From positions 4,154,001-4,218,000 of the forward strand of contig CM007990.1 of assembly GCA_002189035.1 (NCBI GenBank): a stretch of 64,000 bases of DNA. Direction: 5' to 3'. How positions within the stretch are numbered: the first letter of the stretch is position 1; each line of letters opens with the position of its first letter. Origin of the DNA: Utricularia gibba (taxonomy: Eukaryota; Plantae; Magnoliophyta). Of this stretch, positions 50,016 to 63,669 are shown piece after piece. The notes beneath the pieces are model-generated. The model made no database searches and was not told where the DNA came from. It worked only from the letters and a program-made list of their open reading frames with translations. A program made the translations under genes and the position numbers.

Positions 50016-51831
50016 ATGGAGATGGAGGGAAGGCAAGACGATGATGTTTGTTTGGATGCATCTTTCTTCATCAATGACGAGTATGTGCTTCTTGTATTTG
50101 GTATACTTTCAGATATGATATGTTTCAGTGGCGTGAACTTTTCAAACTTCGGGTTGTTTCCAGCTATCAATTGACGAGATTTATTTTCGGGTCGCAAGTT
50201 CTTGAGCTATATTGTCTCCAGTCCGCTTCAAGTAAGCTCCTTTGTTTTGGTTTCCTCTTTCGAAATGTTTGTCTTCCAAAACCCGTTTCTAAATTTTTCT
50301 TCTGTTGTTAAATGCATGCTACTATGGCCTATGTTGTTTTTTATATTCCAGGTATAGTTGTGCAGTAAGGGTGTCTTGGAAATCGCTCTTTTCTATCGTA
50401 ATTACAAATCCTAGAAACCACAGTAGCTTGTAGATGGAAGGAACTTTTCTCATGCGGGAGTAACGAATATGTGAACTTTTCTGGTTGCCTGGTCTCACCG
50501 CACCTAAGCGCTCACCCTGTAGTTATATTTACTGGAACCTTGTGTTGTTCCATAGCATTGCTATCTCTTAGATTTATAATCATCAGACACGCACAATCCC
50601 CTGCTTATTTCTGTACAAGACAGATCATGTGCACAACTTGATCATGACTTCTCGTATTGCAGCTGATTTTGATTTGACAGGACAGTTAGTATGGCCCGGA
50701 GCTGAACTATTAAATGGCTATCTCTCAAAAAATGCAGACATGCTAAGAGGATGTTCAATCATTGAGCTGGGTTCTGGCGTCGGTTTGTGTTATTGTTAAA
50801 TATGCATGAATTAAGTTTCCTCTTTCTTACCTGAGCTCATCCTGGGTATCATGAAATGGATGAAGTTGTGTGTCTGTTAAATAGGGGTAGTAGTTGATAC
50901 ACAGCATTGTAGATGAGGAAAGCATGAGTTGCATGCACATTTTGTATTCCCCTGAATCTGCTGAACAACAGAATTAACTAGAATCAAGGTTCAGGGATTG
51001 TTTTTGAGAGGCTTTCTGCTGCAAAAGATTGAACTGCCAAATAAATTCACATTGCAGGCATCACTGGACTACTGTGCAGTAGGTTTTGTAGTGAAGTAGT
51101 TATGACAGATCATAATGAGGAGGTTCTCAAGGTAAGTCCAATGCAAAATACACTTTCTCTGGTTCATTGTGGACATTTCTTTGGGAAGTTATGCTTTTTC
51201 TTCCCTCATCAGATTCTAAGGCGTAACATAGAGCTGCACGAGAATACTCCTGGTAAATGGAAATGTTTTATCAATGCATTGTTACAAATTGAGTATCAGT
51301 GGATTCATGTCAATATCCTGTATTCTTGGCAGGTTTGGTAGCTGAGAAGCTAGAATGGGGGCATAGTGAGCATCTTGACAATCTCTTGAGGAAGCGTAAT
51401 CGAGGATTCGATCTTGTTCTGGGAGCTGATATCTATATCCTAACCAACACATCTGCTATTTTCACTGATTAAAATCCTCATTAATTTGGAAGAATTGTCC
51501 CTTGATACACCATCTCAAGCTTTCAACAATCAAGTATTCCTCCTCTCTTTGAGACCGTGGAGAGGCTCCTCCGTTTCAGTCATCAAGAGAACTGCAAGTT
51601 CTTACTGGCATACGTATCAAGAGCAAAAATGTAAGCATGCTCCTTACCCTCCAACTCAGAGCTTTAGAACATATTTGAAACCTTAGCAGAGACATGGATA
51701 TTTTGTGCAGAATGGATTCTATGGTTCTAAGTGAAGCCAGTCGACATGGATTGCATGTACATGAAGTTGCAGGAACTCGAGCTACCATCAGAAATCTCGA
51801 AGGCGTTGTATATGAGATGAGATGTTCATGA
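50016..51831 (+). CDS. Seven-beta-strand protein lysine methyltransferase (METTL21/Methyltransf_16 family), 8 exons
   Basis: TDFDLTGQLVWPGA, IIELGSGVGITG (motif I), VVMTDHNEEVL, LEWG and FDLVLGADICFQ. Confidence 0.9.
51435..51518 (+). other. U12-type (minor spliceosome) intron with AT-AA termini
   Basis: 5' site ATATCCTA, branch-site-like TCCCTTGAT (51498-506) and 3' end ...CTCAA. Only this excision gives in-frame GADI-C-FQQSSIP. Confidence 0.82.
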
Positions 51832-52082
51832 TCCTTTTAAAGCTTAAGCCTCAACAGATTTGCAATTGTTGCATCAGTTATTGTTGGTACCAGGTATGCT
51901 TTGTCAGTGCTTGAACTAACCAAAAAGAATATCATGATGAAGTAGCCTTGTTTATGTATTGCAAAAATTCTATCTCAGATTTCTTTATCTTGAGTATCAT
52001 TTTGCGTACGCATGTAAGAATATTACAATGTTTCTCATTATGTATTCCATCCGGATTTTCTGTTGTCAGCAAAATAAAATCA

Positions 52083-54021
52083 TCACCGCATCTTTGCTCG
52101 AGCAAAAAGAACTCCAGCCATAAGGCCTGGAGAAGCAAGAAAAATCAGTTTGCAGGTTTCTTGAATATTCATGGAAGAAGGGAGAGTTCTTACCAAAGAA
52201 AATACTTAAAAGATTTTCTACGGTTGTGGGAACATTGAAAAGGACAATCCCAGCAACAGAAAGAGGTATCTTGTTCAGAGACCCTATCAGGCTGTGCATC
52301 AAGCAAAAACGGCTCGATTTAGAGGGTGAGTGAACCAGCCAGGACAAAAGAGCAAGTAACCTGTAAGTAGTAGCTCCAGTTTGATGAAGAAACCACATTG
52401 AAGTAAAGCTGATTGCTAAACCGGAAAGCCCACTAAGCGTCATCACCATCAAGAAGGTTGGTGATCTCAAAAGAGGCCTGTAAGTTTTACCAGAACAGAG
52501 CTGGTTAGATAAAGGGCAAGCAGAGCGGATCACAGATGTGCAACCGGAGGATAACGTAGAGCCTTACGTTTGTGAAACATATTCAGCCTCATCAAACAAG
52601 AAAATGAGAATAATTCCTAATGGCAGTGACAGGCTATTGTTTAGCATGACCATTGTGATCTCATTCAGCTCTCCAGATTTCGTAACTTGCTTTGTTGTAT
52701 CCATGATCCTCCGTAAAGTCAGCTGCGATGAGATGAATACAACTCGCACTTAGAACTTTGTAGTGTGAAAGTATAAAGCTGTTCAAGAAGAGACAGTTCC
52801 TAGTATTTGAGGCTCAAGGAAGGCAATCACGCTCAGTAAGATGGGAGAAAATCCTAGCAGAGCAAGCAGAGTATCTACGTGTAGCTCAAGAGCAAGATTA
52901 GAGGAAACGGCATCAGAAGGAGCACTCACAGAATAAGACGCTGTGAGAAAACAATTGACCACTTGCCAGGCATAGCCAACAGCGTTGAACTGAAGATCAG
53001 TAAAACCTCCTGCTATTGCTGAAACTATCTGCAATCAAATATCAACGAATTATTGGCAATAGTTGAAATAACCAGTAGAATCTGCACGTTGAATATACAA
53101 AATCCACCAATGAGTGTGTAGCAGCAATCAAGAAAGGAAAAGAGAAAAATAAAATGTCAATACCATTAGGACAAGAGATGCCCAAACTCTGCTATCATGG
53201 TGCTTATTGAATAAATGCATTTCCCCAAAGGCAGTTATAACATTGGTGGCATTCTTCAGAACTGTAACCATGGCAACATTCATGTACTTTAGACTGCATA
53301 GAAATGAAACGGGAATCCTGTTAGTACACTTTCCAGATTGATATGGGACTTTCTTTGGGATTTCTTATGAAACTATGATACTAGTTTTACGGTTAGAAAC
53401 AGAAAGAGTAAAGACAACAGTTACTTTGAGGGAAGCCAACATGATGGTAAAGTATATGGAGCTAACGGCTCAAAAAATAAATGAGAAATGAACACAACAG
53501 AGCAAGCAAACAGGAGTTCATGGAAAAAGGAAAAGAGGTAACAAGGAAACGAAGCTCTCATGTTGAGCATAAAGGCCAATACCTGTACATACTGGTGAGC
53601 AGCATTCCAACAAATATGAAATTGACAGGCAACCAGGCTTTGGTTAATTTCCATGTGAACGGCTCCAACTTAACCACACCCAGCAAGCTTAAAAATGAAA
53701 CAACGATTACTGCAATAAAATTCTGCATTCAATCATAGATGTGTTGTTAGTTCATGAAGCACAGAGAGATTTAAGTAAATGCCAGTAACGTTTCAGTGTA
53801 ACCTGGTAAACCATCAAAGATATCCCAGCATTGAAGTTGTAACTGGAGAGAACATACTTGTTAACCAGGATCATAGAACAGGAAGCAAGACAATATGATA
53901 AGCCGGAGACAAAGGCCAGATTTCCTACTTTAGTCGCTCCTTTTTTTGCTGTCACTGCTTGCTTCCTGTTCTCTAACAAAGCATTTTCTAGATCAGTTTC
54001 ATTCTTGGCATTTGGAGACAT
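52083..54021 (-). CDS. GONST1: Golgi GDP-mannose transporter (GONST1-like), 7 coding exons, long intron-containing 5' UTR to ~55300
   Basis: SGLSYCLASCSMILVNKYVLS, LKYMNVAMVTVLKN, MVMLNNSLSLP and TGATTYSLIGSLNKIPL (GALNK-type motif). Confidence 0.88.
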
Positions 54022-55598
54022 CGTCTGAAGAGAAGGCCTGCAAAAAACATAACCACCAACCATGATTAAGTAACACTGCTGAACATTCGGTAGGTTGATA
54101 CTTGTACATAGTAACCTTCTGGAAAAAAATCTACAATCTATAAACTATAAGAAAATAGACCACGGTATTGAACAAACATTTCCTGTATCATAAAACATTA
54201 CTTTTGAACAAGCGTCCTTATCACCAGTGCACTGGGAAACACTAAACAGTTGAAATCTGCTGGGGTTCTTCAAGGTGGGGGAGATAATACCCCATATTTT
54301 GGTAAGCGTCCGTAATACTGTTTTTTTGTACAGGAATATTCTTTGAGGGTACAAAGAAAAGATAAAAAAGTTTCAAATATTTAACTTTCAACGTATAAAA
54401 GTTCGACTCTCTTCTAATCATCTATAATAAAGACGCATGGCATCTGATATACCCAAGTTCTCCAATATCTAAGCTGTATGGCTGACGACTCTCTTGAATC
54501 CCTTGCAATAAAAACAAAGTTTCATTCGGCAGAAGACTCAGGCAACCATCGCCCTTCGTTGATGTGGTTAAAAGAAGATTCAATATAGCCTCAGCTCCAC
54601 ATCTTAACTGCAAAATGAGATCATATTCTTTAAGCAGTGGCTAATCATAAACACCAAAAAGTATATAATTCTACTGCTATCAAAAACCCACACCTTTTGA
54701 AAATCATGCTGATAAATGCTTCAGAAGAACTTCTACACCCATCCACAAGAAATCAAGCGATATCAATTTTTTCTAATAGCAATTCATCCGTCCAATAGAA
54801 GGCTAGCAAAAAGAAAAAAAAACCATAAAGTAAAACTCTAAGCCATCTTTCACAGTTAAAAAAAAAAAAAAAAAAAAAGAAACCTTATTCTGCCACAGGA
54901 ATCAGATTCTCAAATCCCAGAAACACTTCCGTAAAAAAAAAAGAGAGAGAGACAGAACTTGCCTTTCTAGAAACAAGACCAAAAAACAAAAACAAACACA
55001 GCCATAAGTCATAACGTCACCTCGGAGCCACCCACACGGAAAAGCACATAACCGCGTGTATTGAATCCCAGGTACAAGCTAGATGAGGAACTAATTTATG
55101 CAGCTCCACTGCAAATTAAATACGGGCTACAGCTACTCTGTGGTAAACACAAGTCTACCCCATTTTTTCCGTTCCAGTTTTCGCCAAACCAATGCTGACT
55201 TTGAATGCGCCTACGGGCGGCCGATGGCTACATTCACCGCATCCTTCTAATTACCCGCCCGGCGACAATTCACAGCAGATATCAGCGCACCCAAGACTTC
55301 AAAGCCTTGGACTTTCGGGCTACATTTCATCAAACTGAATTTCTACATAATGATATCTAAAATTATTTTTGTATATTATAATCCTCTACATCATAACTCA
55401 CGTTGATGCTGTGCGCCCTAGCCTCCTCATTAGACAATACAACCCAATCAACATCCTCCTCCAACTTCAAATTTAACTACTTTCAGATAAATTACTATAA
55501 AAATAATTCAAATTAGATATTCAAAATACATATTCTAGATGAATTTTATCAAACAATTCAATTTATAATATATTGATTTTAAATATATCTTTCAGATA

Positions 55599-55604
<6 letters not shown>

Positions 55605-55629
<25 letters not shown>
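55605..55629. repeat. (TA)n microsatellite
   Basis: Direct reading. A similar tract lies at 24543-24564. Confidence 0.85.
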
Positions 55630-58528
55630 GTTCATAACTTACATAATATATAAACTTTGATCATAAACACATACTATGTATTTATATAAATAAAAAAATA
55701 ATATAAATATATTATTAATTATACTATTCTACCTAATTAAAACTTTATGTTCTTTTAAAAAACGTTCTAAACGCCTTTTTGTCATTCTGCTATAAACAAA
55801 ATAAAAACCTAGAAACTTATTAAAACAATAAAATTATAAACCTTTTTTTATTTTTAAGAAACTATAAAATCTTAATTTATAATTAGAATCACTTTTAGAA
55901 AAGTAATCTTTGAGAATTAAAACTAAACATACACTCGATTCTTGATGACCTCTTAATTTAGAACTAAGCATTATTCGCATTTAACTCCAAATAATTTCCC
56001 AAATTGCATTCGAATCCTCATCTCATAGCTATTGAAAATTGATGCCCAGGTTGCATTTTATATCCGAGGAACTTGAATGAGGTTTGACGCAAAACTACCC
56101 AAAAAAAAAAGAATTAAAGATAGGGGCCAATTAGCAAATATGAAAAATTTGAACATTAATACATTAACGTTTTCGTGAGGAGCTTTTAAGCAATAAAATT
56201 AATTAATCACAGCCGTCCAACGAAGGCGTACGCAGTTAATATCCAATTAATGAAAATTTACTCCTCGTATTATTTTATTAAATATGGTTGTTTACGTAAA
56301 AAACACATTAATCATAAAATTGATACTTAGTATCATTAATTTCATATTTATATCATATTTATTATTTTATTAATAATTTTTAAAAAAAATCTTCAATTTC
56401 TTCCAAATTATACTATTTAAATTAATCTTATGCATATTTAATATCAAATAATTTTTGAATTTCATCCTAAAATATACATTTATGCTTTTATTATAGTAAT
56501 TCTACAAGTGTAAAAAACCATTGAATCCAAATCTTTACAGACACTAAGACAAATTGTAATTTCACTTAATTTAGATTGAAATCATACTGAAAAATCATAA
56601 AATATATTTTTCTTTCAAAAAATTAAATTGAAATAAAAAAATTTGAATTGAATCTAACAAAGTTATAAAAAAACATAAATATAAATGATATAAATCAATT
56701 AAATATAAATGATATAAATCAATTATCAATAGACCTGTTAAATGTTATAATTTTAAAAAATTAAATATAATTACTTCAATAAATTCTTAACAAAGAATAG
56801 ACCCTTAATATCAAAATAAATTAAAATTTTACACTAAACAAATTCTTAATTTTTTGGAATAATAGAATTTGTTATTATCAATAAATTACAAAAAAAGGCC
56901 ACCAGCACAGCACGTGTGAGTGTGGGATGTATAGAATCGATCATTGACTCCATTGCAACACGTGACTTTTTAAATTCCTCCGATATTTTCTTTCCGGGGG
57001 CTACTTTGGAAAATAGGACTTTATACTGTACTTGCATTTATTTGAAAACGGCACCCTGGGTATACTTTTCTTTTCTTAGTAGCCCCTGCCTATAATAGAA
57101 ATTAGAAACGCGCGCCTAATGACCAAAGACGGACTGCTCTTATTGATGGAGATTCTCAGAAATTAGTATTTCGAAGATTGATTTTAGAAAAATAGAAATT
57201 AAAATGCAATAAAACTGATTTTAAATTTTTAGATTTTTTTTGAAATTGAAGTTACGCGATAACAAAATTACTTTTAAAATGTTATATAGAAATAAAAAAT
57301 TTTCCAAACAGACACTTCCATAATGAATTATCATTGTTTTTTTGAAAATAAAAGTTTAATATAAGTAGATAATTAATGAGTAAAATTGGATAATATCATA
57401 ATTTATATAATGTAAGAGAAAAAAAGAAGATATATCACGTTTCATATTTTTACATAAATACGATTTTAGTAAGAATAATAAAACATGGATGAATATTATT
57501 TTCAATTATTTATTTTTGCTTATACTACGTTTGATATTTAAGTTTAAAAATGTATTATTTTTATTTTTTAAAAAATTTTAATAACATTATTAATTAAAAT
57601 TTTAATACCATTTTTTAAAAGTATTTTTATTCATCCCCTGAAGCACGCAAGAGTCCATCTAAACGAAACGCGGCCCACTAAAACTGGGCCGCTAATTCAA
57701 CAATAACAAAATAGAAATTAAACACACTTTTTATCTAAAACGCTTCATATTGCAATTAATAATTACGTTGAATATTAAATAATATATTTAGTGACTATAT
57801 TTTAAATGGTATTATATATATTTATGTCATGGTCATGAATTAATTGAATTAATACGAAAAATAATAATACGAGATATAATGGTAATATATATAGGTTATG
57901 CCATAATCTATATCCATGTCATTCTTCATTATGTAAATTTTTTAAATTTTGAAAAAAAAAGTATGGCAATAAGCATTAAAATATGTTATATTATTATTTA
58001 TATAAAAATATTGTGATTATAGCGGTGTAAAAATTAAATAAGTATACATATATATAATTATCTATACAATTAATTACATTAAAGTATAATATATTTTTTA
58101 AAAAATTAAAATATTTTGTTTAAAATATAATTTCTATCAAATAAACAATTATATTATATTCTATATTTAATAAATATACTTTTTATATATAAAACGAAAT
58201 AAGTATGAATAAAAATAATTAATTAGAAATAAGATGATTATTTAGTCCATTTTTACCAAATAGGAATAATGTGGTATTAAAATTGTTGCACTAGTTCACA
58301 CGAATCACATTTCCACTGCTCACCGGCCAATGAGCGGCCGAAAACGTGTCGAGGTTTTTGCTTGACTTTCCGGTCAGCCGTGAAAGGGGAAGGTGAGAGG
58401 GCATGGTTTCAGTTGTCACTTGAAAAAATGTGAGGCTCATGTGTTTTCTTCTCTTCTTAAGTCAATGAGTTGGTGGACACCGTTGTCTTCAAATCCGCGG
58501 AAGAATCCAGATTGCGGGAGCAGAAGCG

Positions 58529-59684
58529 ATGACGGGAGAGGTGTCTTTCTGCTGCTTCCGCCGCCGTGCCATCGCGATGGGAAAACCGGCACCCGTGGAG
58601 GCATCGGAAGCCTCGGCGATGAAGGAGTTCTTTCAACAAATGGGAGATCTGAAATCCGTACGATTCACCAAGCGGCAGCTCGACGCATTCACGAATAACT
58701 ACTCCAAACCGATTGGCTCCGGCGGTTACGGAAAAGTTTACAAAGGCGAGCTGCCCACCGGCGTCGTAATCGCCGTTAAGGTCCTCACGGAGAGGAAAAA
58801 CGTGAAGAGCACTTTCATTTCGGAGGTGTCCACTATAGGAAGGATCCGCCACGCAAACCTCGTGAAACTCTACGGTTACTGCTACGATCCGTTATTGAAA
58901 GCTCTGGTTTACGAGTTCATGGAAAAGGGATCACTGGACAAGTACCTTTTTACGGAGGATTCCGATTGCCTGATCCCGTGGCCGACATTGCTCCAAATCG
59001 CGGGGGACGGGAAAGGGATTAGCTCATCTGCACGAAGGCATTCAACCGAGACTTATTCACTACGATGTTAAACCGGGAAACGTTCTCCTCGATTGCGATT
59101 TTTCAGCCAAAGTCGCCGATTTCGGGCTCGCGAATCTCTGCAACGCTGACGGTTCCCACGCCAGACTCATCGGATGCAGGGGAACGCCGGGGTATCTAGC
59201 TCCGGAGTTTATACTGATGAACTCTCCGATATCGCATAAGTGCGATGTTTACAGCTTTGGGATACTTCTGTTTGAGATTGTGGGGAGGAGGAGGAACACC
59301 CGAATTGGAGAAAGCGGTGAGAGTGAGAGCATCGATTGGTTTCCCAAGAAAGTGTGGGAGGAATACGAGAAGGGGGAATTGGCGGCTCTAATAGATAGTA
59401 AGGGGGTACCGGAGGAGCACAGGGCGGCGGCGGAAAGGGTGGCGGTGGTGGCACTGTGGTGCGTGCAGGACTCGCCGGAGGCGCGACCGGAAATGAGTGA
59501 TGTTGTGATGATGTTGGAGGGTCGAGCAGAGATTTTGCGGCCACCCCCGAGGCCGTTCCGGTACATGTATTCTTTGGAGAATACCCGGCCGCCATCGTCG
59601 GATTGGGATGGCGGCGACTCGCCAACGTCTTCCTCCTCCAATCAAACCCCAGCTGTTACTCCTAGTTCAAGTGTCTTAAGGTAA
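58529..59684 (+). CDS. Intronless non-RD Ser/Thr kinase, LRK10L/SD2-like, lacking ectodomain and TM; frameshift in the G-run at 59002-06
   Basis: IGSGGYGKVYKG, IAVKVL, EVSTIGRIRHANLV, then (after the shift) IHYDVKPGNVLLD, ADFGLA, GTPGYLAPE and KCDVYSFG. Confidence 0.85.
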
Positions 59685-60168
59685 ATAAAACGTATTAACT
59701 TAAACCAACTCTTCATTTCTGTTCATCTACTCCATAGAAACGTGGCCGAGTGTCCGACCGGACACGGATCACATGCAGTGTCTATTGTATAGCCTATAAA
59801 TGAATTTATTCTCCTATTTAGTTATATATTTGGTTAAATTTATTAAATATTTTGAAAAATTATATAAAATGATCAATTTTTATTATTCTGTAAAATAAAT
59901 GCAATTCTTTGACTAGAATTGGTCAAAATAATTTAATTAATAATATATTTGAATTATGTAATATTTAAATAATATATTATATTTAATATATACATTTTAT
60001 AAATGTGTATTTAAAGTAATAGTATATCTGATATATGTATTTTAAATGAATAAAAAACTAACTATTATTAAGAAAAAATGAATAATAGTTTTCAAAATAA
60101 TGGTTTTAAAATCATAAATAATTTGCATTTAATAATTTCATTTATTGATTTAGGGACACCGAGGTTCA

Positions 60169-61127
60169 TTAGTTTAAAGGGTTTCCATATTTCGTCACTT
60201 CCATTCCGCCCCCGCCGGCGTAGATATCGGCGGGGAGGGGCGCACGATGTGAGGAAGAAGCTGCGTTGTTCGTGTTGCCGCCGCTGAGATGCAGGTCTGG
60301 TAAATTTGGAAGCCCCTCTCGTGCCTCGACTCCGTGGTCGTACAAAAAGCCCCTGAAAACATGGCCGCCGATTCGCACCACCGCTTGGTACGCGTATTGA
60401 TCTGCGTCGTCGTCCAAAGCAGTTACTCTCACGCACTTGAACACCGCCGGAGCACGCACTTGCCCCGGAAACGACGATTCCCCAAACCCCCACCTACAAA
60501 GGAGAACCACAGATCACATGGTTGAAATTTACACTGCATCGCACAGTCGCGGGAATTGCAATACCTTGTTGTATGGAGATGGTGTCAAAGCTTCGTGTAG
60601 GGTGGTGTTGGATGCGGAGGTGGTGTTGGTGGTTTCGGACGCGCCGCCGAGCTTCTGTTTCTTGGAACCGGAGGTTGACTGAGAGGATGCGGCGGCACGG
60701 TCGCGGCGGCGGGCGGCGGGAACCCATGTGCTTTTCACATGCGTGGTGCAGTCAAAGCCACGGCTCTTACAGCAAGTTCTGCATCTCTGGTGAGAGCAGT
60801 CTCTCTTCGCCTGGTTTCCGCAGTCTTGGCAACTTGCCATTGCGTTCGAAGCTTCAGGAATGATAGGCTTCGTGGAGGAACTGCTGCTCAGCCTCTGCCC
60901 CTGTTGCTGTTGTTGCCAGAGATGCATTCCGAAGCCGATACTACTGCGGCGGGCCGACATCCCCTCCTCAGACGCCTGCAGCGTGGGCGCATGACACGGT
61001 GCGGCGGTGAGAAGAGGGATGACCCCGATGGCGACGTTTGGGTCGAAGGTGGAAACACCCTCCGGCGCAACGAAAAAGAATTCCGGCGGAACCCCATGGC
61101 GAGAACCCCCCACCCCGAAGACCACAT
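60169..61127 (-). CDS. SHI/STY/SRS family transcription factor (LRP1-like), 2 exons, three apparent 1-nt deletions in G/C runs
   Basis: RING-like zinc finger [43 protein letters not shown] and the IGGH domain ([16 protein letters not shown]...[12 protein letters not shown]). Confidence 0.9.
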
Positions 61128-63612
61128 TCCTAATCCAAAGCAAAACCTCCCGGAAACCGGAGATTTGCGGATCAGTATATCAAAATCGTTGAAGATCCCC
61201 TGTCTGCACTCAAAAGCCGCAGAAGGTGGCAGCTACTGCAACTTAACTGCTGCTGTAACTTTTGGGTCTTCCCTTCCCTTCCCTTCCCTCCGCCTGCAAA
61301 AGCAATAAAAGGGGGAGAGCCTCTGAGGATTGAAGAAGACTGGAGGGAAGCGGAGCTCTGAGGATCAGAGAAAGAAGAGAACAGAAGTGATGTACATATA
61401 TGATTGCAGAAAACACATACAACTCTGTTTCTTTCACAGATTTGATTGCAGCAACTCTGTCTCTCTGTGTATGCAACGCTGCAAGCACTAGGCACTACAG
61501 AGAGAGAGAAGAGTAGGGGTGTGTGTGTGGTGGTAGTGGTAGGGACCTCTCTCCCGTAGCTTCCTTTCTGCACAGGCTCTTGCTTGTTTGCTTCCTAATT
61601 ATTGGAGCATGGCAAACAAGATAGGGAAAAAAAAAAAAGAAGGGGCCGGGTTTTGCCCTTTCAACCTTCTGGGCCCCACACCACCCCCAGGGGTATGTAT
61701 GGGATTTCCCAGACTTCGAAGGGAGGGTTTTTTGGTAAATAAATGTTGGATTTTTTATAAAGCTACCTATGGAATATATGCATTTGATTTGTAATTAAAT
61801 ATTTGCTATAATTTTAAATCAAAAATACAAATGTTATAATTTCCAATCCTCTGTTTTTGGGCCACAGTCCATTATTTTTAATGTTTATAATAAGATGAAA
61901 AATTAATACTAAAAATAATCTTTTTTCTCGAATATTGGAAGTATATTATCACTATCTACAATAGATTTATATAATATTATACACTTCATTCATCCAATTC
62001 TTAGAAAATGAAAACCTTCAAATGGTTGGGTTTCATTAATTTGATATTATATTTCATTTTACAAGTAATAACGAAATGCGTGATTGATTGTTTATATTAA
62101 AATGTTAATTTTAATAATATTTTATCGTTATACTCTTATTAATTGATAAATGTATAAATTTTGGTTGAGTGAAAAGTCAAAACATACAATTATCATCTCA
62201 ATTTCACAAAACCCACCTTCTTGATAGATAATTAAAAATATCCAAAACCCAAACTTAATAAAAAAATCTACATTTTTGAAACGGGTCATGGGAAAAGAAT
62301 AACACTTTATCAAGTGATCATTTCTTTTCCAACCCAATATATTTATAATGAATACCCACGTACAAAATGTATTCTTGCGGTTTTACATTCTTTTCTTTTA
62401 AAGAAAAAAATCTTATAAGATTATGAGTATTCTTTTATTTAAACATTTATTTACTCATCTATAACCAATATGAGATATCATCATTAATTTCTTGACTTAA
62501 TAAACTTTATCTTCTAAATATTTTCTAAAAATAGTATTATGTAGTTTTATTCCTAAGTTGTACAATTACAAATTTTTAGATAAGATCATGAATTCTCAAA
62601 ATGAATGTTGTAAAATGAAAATAGGAAGTATAATAAAAATGATAAATAAAAATGAATTAATATTCTATAAATTTTTAAAAAGATTATAAAATGAAAAATA
62701 TGATCGATTAAAAATGAAAAGTTATTTTATAATAATATATAAATGACAATTCACCTATATATTTGATGTTAGAATGAAAAAGATATTTAAAGAAATAAAT
62801 TGCAATATATAAAAAAATGTATTATTGAAATGAGAATGGAAAGTAGAAATGATTCATTTTGTATTTATATGTCATTTTTTAGAATTTATAATCACTTTTT
62901 GGAAAATAATAAACTGTTTTTGTATAATTACTAATTTTCTTTTTTAAAAATAAAAAAATAGTATTTTGAATGTGTAGACAATAATATTAGTAAAAGAAAT
63001 TGGGGTCTTGATGATGATGCGGCGAAAGCGACCGCGATATAATTTTGACTTTTTTATTATAAAATATTATTTGTTATTAAATTATTTGAAAAAGGAGAAA
63101 ATGACAAAATAACCACGAAAATGATGATGATTTAAGGAGCTCCTTTCTTGAAGCAAGAACTTGAAAAAGAGAAAAAGTGCCTTCTTCAATGGTGAGTCCA
63201 CTGAACTTCCTCCATTTTTTTTCTTTCCGTGCTTTGTTTCTGAGGTTTACTTCTTCTTCGTCGATTCATTGAAGTATCTTTCCTCTCCCGATCTCCATTC
63301 AAGAACTCATATCGTGCTTTTCTCGGCGGGTATCCGTTGATTCCGCCGGGATCACCGGAGTATCCGCAGTGGCATTTCTCTGACACTCATGTGGGCCTGG
63401 CGGTTTACTGTCACACTGCTTTTTCAGTTTTGAATGTAGCTTCGGTTAATATTTTAAGGCCCCTGTCGGCATTCGGAGAAAAAGGATTGTTCATATGGTT
63501 TTGACCGGGTGATCGGATTTAGTCGAGAGGTGATAGGGAATGTGGGGTTTGGGTTTTAGGGTTGGTTGGGATAGTGGCAACTTTCTTGATGATGTGGTGA
63601 AACAGAGGGAGG

Positions 63613-63669
63613 ATGAGCAAGTATGATGGCATCAGAGCTGGTGGGTCAGCGGAGAAGGACATCGAACAG
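63613..63669 (+). CDS. First coding exon of a probable PH-RCC1-FYVE (PRAF/RLD family) gene; remainder lies beyond the window
   Basis: MSKYDGIRAGGSAEKDIEQ followed by a GT donor. This resembles the RLD N-terminus (RAG..ERDIEQ|AITALKKG) with the same intron position. Only 19 aa are visible. Confidence 0.6.

Noticed and set aside
56846-57037. 63-aa minus-strand ORF and a USE-like ATCCCACA motif (possible snRNA gene)
   Set aside because: No protein motif, the USE match is partial, there is no correctly spaced TATA, and no snRNA body is recognisable.
59750-59765. GTGTCC-GACC-GGACAC hairpin considered as a Helitron 3' end
   Set aside because: No CTRR terminus at the expected distance on either strand and no 5' TC end. 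More likely a TE subterminal fragment.
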